Origin: an uncultured Lentisphaerales bacterium
GTDB taxonomy: Bacteria; Verrucomicrobiota; Lentisphaeria; JABSQK01; UBA12247
Length of the DNA stretch: 64,000 bases
Assembly (NCBI GenBank): GCA_943788985.1
Contig: CALSSJ010000032.1
Coordinates: 1 to 64,000, forward strand
Direction: 5' to 3'
In this document: piece by piece, positions 9,343 through 18,762 of the stretch
How the letters are laid out: each line of letters starts with the position of its first letter
How positions within the stretch are numbered: the first letter of the stretch is position 1
The notes under the pieces: generated by a model
The model's database searches: none
Seen by the model: only the letters and a program-made list of their open reading frames with translations
What the model was told of the DNA's origin: nothing
Translations under genes and position numbers: made by a program

Positions 9343-10782
9343 ATGATTGAACTGACAGACCTTCTTATTGCGGCGCGCAACGCGCTGTTCATCGTTTTCT
9401 TTCTCGGCTTTAGCATTTTCATCCATGAGCTGGGGCATTTCTGGGTGGCCTACAAGCGTGGGATGCATATTGAGAAGTTTTCGGTGGGATTTGGGAAAGC
9501 AATTTATCGCTGGAAGTGGCTTGGGGTAGACTTTCAGATTGGCTGGATCCCGCTGGGTGGGTTCGTGGCCTTGCCCCAGTTGGACCCCGGCGATGAACCG
9601 CAGGCGCGCGACGGTACGGTGCTGCCAGTCGTGAAGCCGATTGACCGGATTCTGGTCGCGATAGCCGGACCGGTCTGCAACGTGATTTTTGGCCTTTTCT
9701 TGGCCACGATCGTCTGGAAGGTGGGCATCTTTGGCTTGCCACCGGCCCCTTCCGTGACTGTGGAGGAAGTCCCCCAGTACTTCGAGACCAAGAAGGGAGA
9801 TGAGATCATCCGTGGCGAGACGCCAGAATGGCTGGCAGGGCTTCGCCGCGGGCATGTGATTACAAACGTAAACGGCACCGACTTGAAGGGCGGCTGGCCG
9901 CAGGTGGTAGACTTGATTGTCTACGATCGTGATGGGCGTGTAGCGCTGAAGGGCACGCAGGATGATGGCGAGGCGTTTGCGCTGGAATACCAATTGGTAG
10001 GAAACCCGATCTTCGACGGAGTCGGTGTACCCTTTTTCCATCCGGTCTTTCCCATCTTTGCCAAGTTTGTGCAGCCAGGCCCCGCTCGCGAGGCAGGCGT
10101 GAAAACGAAGGACCAGCTGATCGCGGTAAACGGCAAGCCGATTACGTCGGGCCGGATGCTGCAGAATGAGATTCAGCAGGCCAAGAATTCAGCCGTTACC
10201 CTGACGGTCACCAGGGGCAAGAAGGACATCACGTTGACGATGGTTCCGGCGATACACGAAGAGGCGCAGCGCTACGTGATCGGGGTGGTGATGGAAAGCG
10301 GATTTAAGCACCATCCGCCGCCATGGAGCAAGCTGACGAAAGTGGCCGAGGACACCTACCGCACGGTCGGTGCCGTATCGTCATCGAAGAACCCGATCGG
10401 CGTGAAGCACCTCAGCAGCATTCTTGGGATGATCAACGCAATCTGGACCGTGCTCAATCACAGCAGCTGGGTGGATGCGCTGGATATCGTGGTGTTCATT
10501 AACTTTGCCCTCGCGATTTTTAATCTGCTGCCGATTCCGGTGCTGGACGGCGGACATATTACGTTGGCTCTGATTGAGCTGATCGCGCGTCGCCGAGTGC
10601 CCGCACGCTTGACGATCGCTGTCTACAACGCCTGTGCCATAGTGCTGATCTCGTTGATGATGTACATCTTCTTCCACGATGCCCGCCGCATGGTTCAGCC
10701 ACCGCATCGACAATCTACGACGGTAAGCGAACCGCCTGCGCCAGCTAATCCCCCTCCGCAGCCTGCTACAGAAACACAATAA
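9343..10782 (+). CDS. rseP: RIP metalloprotease RseP (M50 with PDZ domains)
   Basis: HELGH, FSVGFG, IPLGGFV, AGPVCN, PDZ segments, NLLPIPVLDGG. Confidence 0.95.
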   Translation: MIELTDLLIAARNALFIVFFLGFSIFIHELGHFWVAYKRGMHIEKFSVGFGKAIYRWKWLGVDFQIGWIPLGGFVALPQLDPGDEPQARDGTVLPVVKPIDRILVAIAGPVCNVIFGLFLATIVWKVGIFGLPPAPSVTVEEVPQYFETKKGDEIIRGETPEWLAGLRRGHVITNVNGTDLKGGWPQVVDLIVYDRDGRVALKGTQDDGEAFALEYQLVGNPIFDGVGVPFFHPVFPIFAKFVQPGPAREAGVKTKDQLIAVNGKPITSGRMLQNEIQQAKNSAVTLTVTRGKKDITLTMVPAIHEEAQRYVIGVVMESGFKHHPPPWSKLTKVAEDTYRTVGAVSSSKNPIGVKHLSSILGMINAIWTVLNHSSWVDALDIVVFINFALAIFNLLPIPVLDGGHITLALIELIARRRVPARLTIAVYNACAIVLISLMMYIFFHDARRMVQPPHRQSTTVSEPPAPANPPPQPATETQ

Positions 10783-10845
10783 GAGTAATTAAATTGTGGC
10801 GGAACATGACGTCGTTCTGATACCCGGGAAAGGGGGCAAATGCCT

Positions 10846-10864
10846 CCGGTGGTTTCACCACCGG
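10846..10864. terminator. Perfect hairpin between convergent rseP and moxR (terminator or REP-like palindrome)
   Basis: ccggtggt-ttc-accaccgg, 8-bp stem; no clear U-tract directly after it. Confidence 0.4.
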
Positions 10865-10903
10865 CTACGTTCGATTTTCCCTTTGGAAAACGGCCCTTAG
10901 GTC

Positions 10904-11899
10904 CTACACGACTTCAGCGGTCGCTGCGATCTGCGCCTCCAGCAAGGTCTCGGCAGTGATGCCTTCCGCCTGGCCGTCGTAATTCAGTAGCAGGCGATGC
11001 CGCAGGACTTCGACTGCGAAGTAGCGGACGTCTTCGAAGGCGACGTGCACGCGGCCTTGGGACAGGGCGCGTACTCGCCCGGCACGCAGTAAGGCTTGGC
11101 CAGCCCGGGGACTCGCTCCTGCTCTCACGAACAGGCGAATCTGCTCGCCAGCGAACTCGGTATCGGGATGCGTCCCGAGAACGAGGCGGGTCGCGTAGTC
11201 GCGAATTGGCTCGGCAATGACCACTTTCTGCAGTATCTCACGCAGGGCGAGGATCTGGTCACCGTCCATGATCTTTGTGACCTCAGGCTGCTCGCGCAGT
11301 ACCGTGCGCTTGAGCACTTCATTCAGGTCGTCGCGGCTCAGAAACGGGACGCAGACTTTGAACATAAACCGGTCAAGCTGTGCTTCGGGTAACGGATAAG
11401 TGCCTTCTTGTTCGAGTGGATTCTGTGTCGCCAGAACAAAGAATGGTGGTCGGAGCGGGTGTGACTCGCCATCAACGGTGACGGAGTGTTCCTGCATCGT
11501 TTCAAGCAGCGCAGATTGGGTTTTTGGCGTAGCCCGGTTGATTTCGTCCGCAAGGAGAAGCTGGGTGAAAACCGGACCGCGGCGAAACTCGAAGGAGTAA
11601 TTTCCGTGGTCGCTCTGGCTCATGACTTTGGTGCCAATGATGTCCGCTGGCATCAGATCCGGGGTAAATTGAATCCGCTTGAACTCCAGATCCATGACTG
11701 CGGCAATTGTCTTAACCAGCTCGGTTTTTCCCAGCCCGGGGACACCCTCAAGCAAAATATTTCCGCCAGCAACCAAGGCGGTCACAGTGGCCTCAATGAC
11801 CCGTTCCTGCCCAGCGATGACTTTCTGGATCTCTCCGTTGATCGCGGCGATCTCTGTGCGAAAACGCTCGGCTTCCTGCTGCAGTGGTTCGTCACTCAT
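10904..11899 (-). CDS. MoxR-family AAA+ ATPase
   Basis: LEGVPGLGKT, RIQFTPDLMPADIIG, LLADEINRATPKTQSALLE, ATQNPLEQEGTYPLPEAQLDRF. Confidence 0.95.
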   Translation of the reverse strand: MSDEPLQQEAERFRTEIAAINGEIQKVIAGQERVIEATVTALVAGGNILLEGVPGLGKTELVKTIAAVMDLEFKRIQFTPDLMPADIIGTKVMSQSDHGNYSFEFRRGPVFTQLLLADEINRATPKTQSALLETMQEHSVTVDGESHPLRPPFFVLATQNPLEQEGTYPLPEAQLDRFMFKVCVPFLSRDDLNEVLKRTVLREQPEVTKIMDGDQILALREILQKVVIAEPIRDYATRLVLGTHPDTEFAGEQIRLFVRAGASPRAGQALLRAGRVRALSQGRVHVAFEDVRYFAVEVLRHRLLLNYDGQAEGITAETLLEAQIAATAEVV

Positions 11900-14840
11900 T
11901 CTCTTTCTCCCATCGTTTCTTTTTCTTGAGTAGGGCTCCGGCAGTCGACCTTTGCTCGGATTCTGCTGGTTCTGTCGGCTCGGCTTGCGGGCTCGGCCTC
12001 CTGGCAGTGGCTTCCGATACCGGTCGGGGCGAACGACTCGCGCGCCCCAATGTGGCCGGACGTGTCTCTGGCCGAAGATTACGCTTACGCGCCAGGAGGG
12101 AGCCGATGGTCCCGTCGGCTTGTGTCTTGCCCCGGCGTTTCGGCAACCACTGACGGAAGCCGATCTGCACGCGTCGGATGGCGACATCAGCGAGCAACAG
12201 ACCGCTTAGCGCAATCAGAAACCAGTCGATGATCAGCTGCGTACTACGCCTGACTTCGCGAGTCGCAGGGAAGATGTCGGCAGCGGATTCATCGCCTAGC
12301 AGGATGCGGCCGCCGGTACGGTCGGCAATGCGCTGCAGGTGTGGGAGATCGCCGCGAAACCGCAGGTACTCGGCGGAGTAAGGAATGATCAGGCTAGCAG
12401 TAGCCATCTCGGCGCGCTCGCCCGCGCTGCCAGTCACGAGCAGATGATAGTGGCCTACACCGGATAGTGGATACTCTGCCTCGTAGCGTCCCGGGGCGGT
12501 CTGGCGCAGGTCTACATTGACGTCGGCGCCGTTGGGACCGAGTACAGATGCCGTCAACTCAAGAAAGCCGCCGTCTGGATGGGAATCCTGAACCACCAAC
12601 TTACCCCTGGGCCCGGAAGCCCAGGACTGGACCGTGAGATGAGAGTCCTTCTCGACACGGCTGATATCTTCGAACAGCTGCTTCACGAATTGGTCATGGT
12701 TAGCCGAGGCAACCCAGTCGCGGCCCCAGCGTGCCGTGAGGTCGGAGGTGAATGCGGCCGTGCGCCCGAGACCGTGCTGCCAGACAGCCAATACCGGATC
12801 CAGCGCTTCTTTGTCTGGCCCCCGCAAGATGGTCACCGCGCGATCCTTCGGCGTGGTTAGTGTGTACCCGTGGAGCGGCGAGACCTCGGTGATCCCCTTC
12901 ATGATCGCTGAATACGCGTTCATGGTCGGGTAGAAGGTCTTGTTCTGGATCAGATTGCGACGCAGTGTCTTGGCTTCCTTGATGAAGATGGAGGGGAGCT
13001 GGTTCGGATCCTGCGGGAAGTAATAGCGCCCACCGGTCGCCGCAGCGATGGCCTGCATAATGCTCACTTCCACATTCCCGTGGGGAAAGATAGACACCGT
13101 GCTGACGCTGATTTTCTCGGTCACGAACTGATCCAGCACGCTGGGGGCCGGTGGCTGGGGATCGCCATCGGAAATCACGATCATATGCCGCGCGGCGGCA
13201 TCCGAGTCGCTCAGCGCCTTGAGCCCCATCTCCATGGTCGGCGAGAAAGATGGCATATCGCCGATCTGCGCAGCGCTAATCTTACGGGCCATCTCGTCGT
13301 ATTCGGAGATCGGCGTGAGTTCGCAGACAAACTTGACGCCGCCCTGATAGCTGTAGGCCAGCACGCATGCCTCGTCGCGCTCCCCAAGCACCCGGATTGC
13401 GGCCTTGGTAATGTTCTTGCCCCAGGTGTTGCCATTGGGGAATTCGCAGGTGTGCAGGACGATGGCAAGTGCCGCTTTGGGCATGACCCGGCGCATGGTG
13501 ATGTCCATTGTCACCGGCAAGGCAGTTTCGACTGGCGTCTGCCGGTAGCCACCAGGTCCGAAGCTGTTCTCGCCGCCGATCATCAGCAAGCCCTGGCCTT
13601 GCCGAAAGACTGCCTGCTGAATCGCCTGCAACTGCGGATAATCGAATGAGTCTGCAGCGACGTTACAGAGTACGATGCAATCGTACGGCATCAGCTCCAA
13701 AGCACTGTATGGCATCTCAAACGATGTCATGGGCTGCACCTCTGCCTCGGCTGCGGCCAACGCCTGGGCCAGATAGCTGTAGTCTGCGTCATCTGCGGCG
13801 AGCGGGTCGGTGACCAGGAGAATCCGACGCTGCCCCTTGAGATAGATGTAGTTAATTCCGATGTTATTCTCGCGCCGGGTATCCCGTCCGGGAGCGGGAA
13901 TGATCTCCGCGCGATAGGTGTAATAACCGGGGGAGCGCAGGTAGATCGGCAGGGTAAACCGGTTTTTGCCAGCGGAATAGGTGACAGCCTCGCGCGCGAT
14001 TTCCTCGTCGTTCTCGAAGAGTACGAGTTGGCCGCCGCCGGCAGTCAGGCTGCTCAGCAGTACTGACGCCTGGTAGGTCTCGCCTCGTTTGACGTTGACC
14101 GGCAGCCCCAGCCGCTCGATCCAGACCTCCTCCGTGATGTCATACTGCACGGGCAGCACGTCTACGGGCAAATCACGCGCTTTGCATTCGTCTAAAACAC
14201 CGGTCGTGTCTCCACTGGGAGAGACGCCATCGCTGATCAGCACGATGCGTCCCGGGGTGTCGAGGGGGACCAACGCCGCAGAGAGAGCCAGCGCCTTGCC
14301 GATGTTGGTGTCGTCGCGGGGCACCTGTACATTGATTGCCTCGAATGGAAACGACTCGGTAGGCGGTAATTCGACGGCGGCGTCGCCACCAAGAATGACC
14401 AGTCCGGCTCGGTCTCCGTCCGGACGGTCGTTCGCTGTGGCCAAGATGTATTTCAAGCCCTCGGTTGTGGCAATCTTCCCCACCGAGTCTGACACGTCGA
14501 GGACATACACAACTGACAGGTCATCGTTCTCTCGTACCGAGCGCGGCTCGGCAAGTACGGTGATCAGCACTGCAATCAGGGCATAGCGTGCGAGTTGTGC
14601 ACTCACGTTGCGCAGGCCAGAAAGACCGTGAAAGCCAGTCACATGAAGCCACCAGAACCAGATCAGACTGGCGGACAGAGCAAACGCAGCCGGTCGGCCA
14701 AACAGAACAGCGCGGGTATACATGAGAGCGCCAATCGCGAGTACGAACACCGCAACAAACACGATGAGCGGCGCTGCATCTCGCCCGGTAATCGGCCGAC
14801 GCGGTTCAGGAACGATCAGTCTTAGCCATCGATAGGCCAT
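11892..14840 (-). CDS. Membrane-anchored protein with two vWA domains and a central GATase1-like domain
   Basis: N-terminal TMs; MIDAS DVSDS...T...ISDG; GLLMIGGENSFGPGGYRQTPVE (GATase1-like); second vWA with ISDGD and ATGGRYY; C-terminal TM. Confidence 0.85.
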   Translation of the reverse strand: MAYRWLRLIVPEPRRPITGRDAAPLIVFVAVFVLAIGALMYTRAVLFGRPAAFALSASLIWFWWLHVTGFHGLSGLRNVSAQLARYALIAVLITVLAEPRSVRENDDLSVVYVLDVSDSVGKIATTEGLKYILATANDRPDGDRAGLVILGGDAAVELPPTESFPFEAINVQVPRDDTNIGKALALSAALVPLDTPGRIVLISDGVSPSGDTTGVLDECKARDLPVDVLPVQYDITEEVWIERLGLPVNVKRGETYQASVLLSSLTAGGGQLVLFENDEEIAREAVTYSAGKNRFTLPIYLRSPGYYTYRAEIIPAPGRDTRRENNIGINYIYLKGQRRILLVTDPLAADDADYSYLAQALAAAEAEVQPMTSFEMPYSALELMPYDCIVLCNVAADSFDYPQLQAIQQAVFRQGQGLLMIGGENSFGPGGYRQTPVETALPVTMDITMRRVMPKAALAIVLHTCEFPNGNTWGKNITKAAIRVLGERDEACVLAYSYQGGVKFVCELTPISEYDEMARKISAAQIGDMPSFSPTMEMGLKALSDSDAAARHMIVISDGDPQPPAPSVLDQFVTEKISVSTVSIFPHGNVEVSIMQAIAAATGGRYYFPQDPNQLPSIFIKEAKTLRRNLIQNKTFYPTMNAYSAIMKGITEVSPLHGYTLTTPKDRAVTILRGPDKEALDPVLAVWQHGLGRTAAFTSDLTARWGRDWVASANHDQFVKQLFEDISRVEKDSHLTVQSWASGPRGKLVVQDSHPDGGFLELTASVLGPNGADVNVDLRQTAPGRYEAEYPLSGVGHYHLLVTGSAGERAEMATASLIIPYSAEYLRFRGDLPHLQRIADRTGGRILLGDESAADIFPATREVRRSTQLIIDWFLIALSGLLLADVAIRRVQIGFRQWLPKRRGKTQADGTIGSLLARKRNLRPETRPATLGRASRSPRPVSEATARRPSPQAEPTEPAESEQRSTAGALLKKKKRWEKENE

Positions 14841-15733
14841 GTGACCACCACAATTCTACGATTTCCTGTGTCGGCGATCAGCACGCGATTTCCGTCGCTT
14901 GCCAGCCCCCATGGCGTCGACAACTGCCCGTGATTACGCCCTGGGGTCCCCCATGCTCCGTGGAAGGAGCCGTCAAAACCCCAGCGGGAAATGCGCCCGT
15001 CGCCCCATTCGGCGATCAGCATTCCCTCTTCAGCGAGCACTAGGTCATAGGGGAACTGCATCTTGCCTTTGCCCACGCTGAGCAGATGCTCACCGTCCTC
15101 GCTGAAGACCTGAAGCTGATGGTTCGCCGCGTCGGATACGTACAGTTTTCCGTCTTGCCACTCGATGCCGGACGGGCGTTGGAACTCGCCGGGCTCGGTG
15201 CCGAAGGCGCCAAACTGCGAGCGATACTCGCCATCCGCAGAGAACCGCTGCACGCGATCATTGGACCCGTACTCGCAGACAAACAAGTCGCCGTTCGGGT
15301 GCTCGCAGACGGCTACCGGGTAGATGAATTGCCCGTCAGCCGTGCCCTTTGAACCGAAAATGCGGACGATCTCGCCAGTATTCGTAAAGATCACCATGCG
15401 ATGGTAATGCGTATCTGGTACCACGATGTTTCCGTTAGCCAGAACAGCCAGATTCTCCGGCCTGCCCACGATGCTCTCAGGCATACGCCACTGACGCAGC
15501 ACGGCCCCGTCTCGGTCCAGAACGGTGATGCGGCCCGCGGTATCTAGGACATAGGCCTCGCTGCTGTTCGCGGACATAGCGATGCCGCGGGGGGCGGGCT
15601 GACTGGCTCCCTCTGTCGGCAACCGCCAAGACGTCACACTCGCAGCCTGAAGCACAACCGTGTCCCTCTGGGTACAGGAAACCAGTTGGCAAGCTGCCAG
15701 GGCGACAAGCACGGTGCCAGTCAGGAGCCTCAT
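14822..15733 (-). CDS. NHL-repeat 6-bladed beta-propeller, probable lipoprotein
   Basis: Repeats GxxGxxxGQFxxP (GTADGQFIYP, GTEPGEFQRP, GRNHGQLSTP), ADTGNRRI; hydrophobic N-terminus with LAAC. Confidence 0.85.
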   Translation of the reverse strand: MRLLTGTVLVALAACQLVSCTQRDTVVLQAASVTSWRLPTEGASQPAPRGIAMSANSSEAYVLDTAGRITVLDRDGAVLRQWRMPESIVGRPENLAVLANGNIVVPDTHYHRMVIFTNTGEIVRIFGSKGTADGQFIYPVAVCEHPNGDLFVCEYGSNDRVQRFSADGEYRSQFGAFGTEPGEFQRPSGIEWQDGKLYVSDAANHQLQVFSEDGEHLLSVGKGKMQFPYDLVLAEEGMLIAEWGDGRISRWGFDGSFHGAWGTPGRNHGQLSTPWGLASDGNRVLIADTGNRRIVVVTWPIDG

Positions 15734-15743
15734 GCGTGAACGG

Positions 15744-16403
15744 CTACCTGCCAAGCCTTGAAGCTGGTGTCGCCTTTACATATCGGGCGATCTTGGGTGC
15801 AAGCTGGGGAAAACCCCCGATTGCTGCCTTCACCGCGTCATAAATAGGCCCCTTCAGCACGCGCCGGACGTCATTGGTCGCTAGGATACGGTCGACATAA
15901 AGCGCCTTAAGAACGGGCGAGTCCAAGATCATAGCCTCTGGCTGCACCGCGCCGACACTGGGCATCCCGACAGAGCTCAGCGGCCAGGCCTTGCCCAGCT
16001 CTGTCAGCGCATCGTTCAGCGGGTCTCCCATCGCCACGCGCTTTGCGATCTTCGCAAGATCGGGCAGGTAGCGTAGCATGACGTCCACGGAGTAGATATC
16101 GTTGGCGGTCTCGCCGGGGAGCGGCAACTCTTCGATCGCCCGCTGAATACACGCTGCGTCAGCCTCCCGACAGACCACAAACTGACAGAGGCGGTAGAGC
16201 AGCCTCGCCGCATCCGCCATCACCCAGACATCAAGCTCTGGCATGGGGTCGGCTTTGATCAGCTCGCGCAGTGCCCACTTGTCGTGAATCTCGCGCAGCA
16301 AGGGCTCTAGCGTTGACGCGTCCAGATCTGCCTCCAAGGAATGCAAGCTGCTGGGCACCTTGACGCGCCCTAGATCTCTGAGGTCAGTGAGAAATTGCTT
16401 CAC
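15744..16403 (-). CDS. Conserved protein resembling the bpX4 component of MoxR-vWA-beta-propeller ternary systems
   Basis: Motifs AARLLYRLCQ, SVDVMLRYLPDL, DPL, WPLSSVG, LYVDRI match my recollection of bpX4 (not database-checked). GTGA overlap with the upstream gene. Confidence 0.55.
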   Translation of the reverse strand: MKQFLTDLRDLGRVKVPSSLHSLEADLDASTLEPLLREIHDKWALRELIKADPMPELDVWVMADAARLLYRLCQFVVCREADAACIQRAIEELPLPGETANDIYSVDVMLRYLPDLAKIAKRVAMGDPLNDALTELGKAWPLSSVGMPSVGAVQPEAMILDSPVLKALYVDRILATNDVRRVLKGPIYDAVKAAIGGFPQLAPKIARYVKATPASRLGR

Positions 16404-18604
16404 TGCAGGACCTGCTTGCGCTTCATCGCGGTCTCGTAGGCCCTCAACAAGCTAAAGTGAAACTTCTGCGCATGCTCGTTGGGCTGAATTGTATAGGCTC
16501 GATCCATTTCCACCTTGGCCTCGGCCAGACGCCCCAGGGCGAGCAGGCACTGCGCATTTGAAAAGCGGGCCGTCTGTTCCTCGTTTGGACTGGGGGTGGC
16601 CTGCACGGCGAGTTGGTAAAACTCTATAGCCTCCGCGAAATGTTTTTTCTCGCGGAGTCGATTCCCAATTGCCAACGCCTGCTTGTCGTTTCCAGCCAAA
16701 CGCATCGTCTCCTTAAACTGGGTCACTGCAGCTGCGACACGCCCGCCCATTTGCAGATACGCCAGCGCCAGATTAATCCGATAATCCATCAGGTACGGGT
16801 CGTTTTTGACCGCGATCTCGAAACACTTGGCGGCTTCAGCCGGATTCTCGTTCTGAATGTAGCAGACCCCCAAATTACTGAGAGCTGCCGGGAAAAACTG
16901 GCCCTTCTCCGCTCTGATCTCTACGGCACGCCCGAGGTGGTGGATGGCTTTCTCATAGTTCTTGACCCTCAGGTGATATGTCCCGAGATTTTTATGCGCT
17001 TCCGCGTGCGGCTCGAATAGGTCCAAGGACGCCTGATACTGCTTCGCGGCCTCTGCCCGTATGCGGGTCTCTTCCTCTTGGGCTGCCTTCTGCTCGGCCT
17101 GCAAATGTTCGTTAGCAGCCTTTGGGTTGGTCGTACGGAGTTCGACTGCGTGCTTTTGCGCCCTCTGAATCCGCGCAGCAGCCTCCGCTTTGCCTCGTTC
17201 GCGAAGCGCATCGCCATAATTATTCAGCCCTACCGGGTTCTTTGGATGTGCCTTCAGTGCAGATTCCCAAAGCGTGATGCTGCTCCGCCAGTGGGTGTTA
17301 CGCCGCATGGTTAACCCGCCAAAGATTAGCATAATCACGCAGAACGCCCCCAACAGTGCCCTGGCATTTACACGTCCGGCGAGCCAGTTAAGCCCCAGGC
17401 AAACTGCCAAAAACACGCCGATTCCTGGCAAGTAGAGATAGCGGTCTGCCATCGTTGTAGAGATGGGCACCTTGATGTTCGAAACAGGAAACCAGGCGAC
17501 GAACGCCCACGCGAAGCAGAATGGAAAGAGCCGATGCTGCTTGCGAAGCGCAAAGCCAGCACAGACGGCACTCGCCAACACGCCTATCGTGGCGGCGAGA
17601 GCTCGCAAGGTCTTGGTGTCGCTCATGTCGGAAGGCCTATCGACGATGGCATTCGGATACTTGTTACACAAATTAACCGGGTAGACATAGTTCACGGCAT
17701 AATCGAACAACGCGCGCAGCACCGTCGTATAGGTATAACGCGGGTCTCCTTTATAGTGAAACCGATGCGCAGCGGCACTGCCCTCGCTTAACAGTCCTAG
17801 CGCGATCGCGTAATACGGAAATATGCTCAGGAGCGCGAGCGGGATGTAGGCGAGTGCGTAGTTCCGAATCTCGTCCCGCTTGCGGATCCTGGCGAGATCC
17901 ATCAACAGCAGCAACGGAGCCAGCACGATCCCGAACGGGCTGGAGAGCATGGCCAAGACCATCAGCACGGCTCCACTGATCACCCACGGAAAGGCAATCT
18001 TCGTCAACTGCCGCCGGGTCCCGTAGACATGCATGGCCATGCCGCTGAATGAAAATGCCGAAAGTAATCCATACTTCCGAGATGCGAGCCAGGTGACAGC
18101 TTCCACATTTACCGGATGTGCTGCGAACAGCGCAGCTGTGCAAAGCGCGATCATCCTATTGTCTTTTTCTGAGCCGCCGCGCGCTTCGTTCAGGAACATC
18201 AGCAAAAGCAAGAACAGAGCGCCCGATCCGATCGCATGAAGCACGAAGTTTACGACATGGTATCCGGCGGGTTTAAACTTCCATAAGTGGTAGTCGATCG
18301 CGTAACTCAGCACCCGAACCGGCTGGTAGGTCACTCCCTTAACCGGCGTAAAAATCTCTTTGACATTTTCGCTGGAAAGCGAAAGAATCGCCCGGTTTTC
18401 CAGAATTAAGACGGGGTCATCCCAATTGGTGAACTCGTTCCCGATCGTGTTCAGATAGAGAAGGCAGGCCAAGACAAACAGCCCGACCGTTGCGAACTTC
18501 GCAAACTGGGGATGCCCGGTGATAGGCAAGACGGTCCCAAGACCAGTCGCTTCGATGACGGCACCGCTCTCCTTGCGACGTTGCTTTCCGCGCCGTTTTG
18601 CCAT
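16400..18604 (-). CDS. TMTC-like GT-C membrane glycosyltransferase with C-terminal TPRs
   Basis: FTNWDD, YQPV, HVVNFVLH, HPVNVEAVTW, MADRYLYLP, WRSSITLW, followed by TPR repeats. Confidence 0.85.
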   Translation of the reverse strand: MAKRRGKQRRKESGAVIEATGLGTVLPITGHPQFAKFATVGLFVLACLLYLNTIGNEFTNWDDPVLILENRAILSLSSENVKEIFTPVKGVTYQPVRVLSYAIDYHLWKFKPAGYHVVNFVLHAIGSGALFLLLLMFLNEARGGSEKDNRMIALCTAALFAAHPVNVEAVTWLASRKYGLLSAFSFSGMAMHVYGTRRQLTKIAFPWVISGAVLMVLAMLSSPFGIVLAPLLLLMDLARIRKRDEIRNYALAYIPLALLSIFPYYAIALGLLSEGSAAAHRFHYKGDPRYTYTTVLRALFDYAVNYVYPVNLCNKYPNAIVDRPSDMSDTKTLRALAATIGVLASAVCAGFALRKQHRLFPFCFAWAFVAWFPVSNIKVPISTTMADRYLYLPGIGVFLAVCLGLNWLAGRVNARALLGAFCVIMLIFGGLTMRRNTHWRSSITLWESALKAHPKNPVGLNNYGDALRERGKAEAAARIQRAQKHAVELRTTNPKAANEHLQAEQKAAQEEETRIRAEAAKQYQASLDLFEPHAEAHKNLGTYHLRVKNYEKAIHHLGRAVEIRAEKGQFFPAALSNLGVCYIQNENPAEAAKCFEIAVKNDPYLMDYRINLALAYLQMGGRVAAAVTQFKETMRLAGNDKQALAIGNRLREKKHFAEAIEFYQLAVQATPSPNEEQTARFSNAQCLLALGRLAEAKVEMDRAYTIQPNEHAQKFHFSLLRAYETAMKRKQVLQ

Positions 18605-18762
18605 TCGGTTTTCCTTGTTGATTCCTCATTGAACAAAGCATGGGCAACTTACTCGCCTGAGCGGGATTTGCTTCGCAAACTCCACTATACTACGGCCTGA
18701 AGCGCCAGTAGCCTTCTCCTGGCAGCAGGGTAGGGGTGTTGACCAGGGCGCTGCCGTCCCAT

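Noticed and set aside
10904..12187. 427-aa version of MoxR with a long N-terminal extension
   Set aside because: The extension overlaps the vWA gene; ATG 11899 gives a normal-length protein coupled to the upstream stop.
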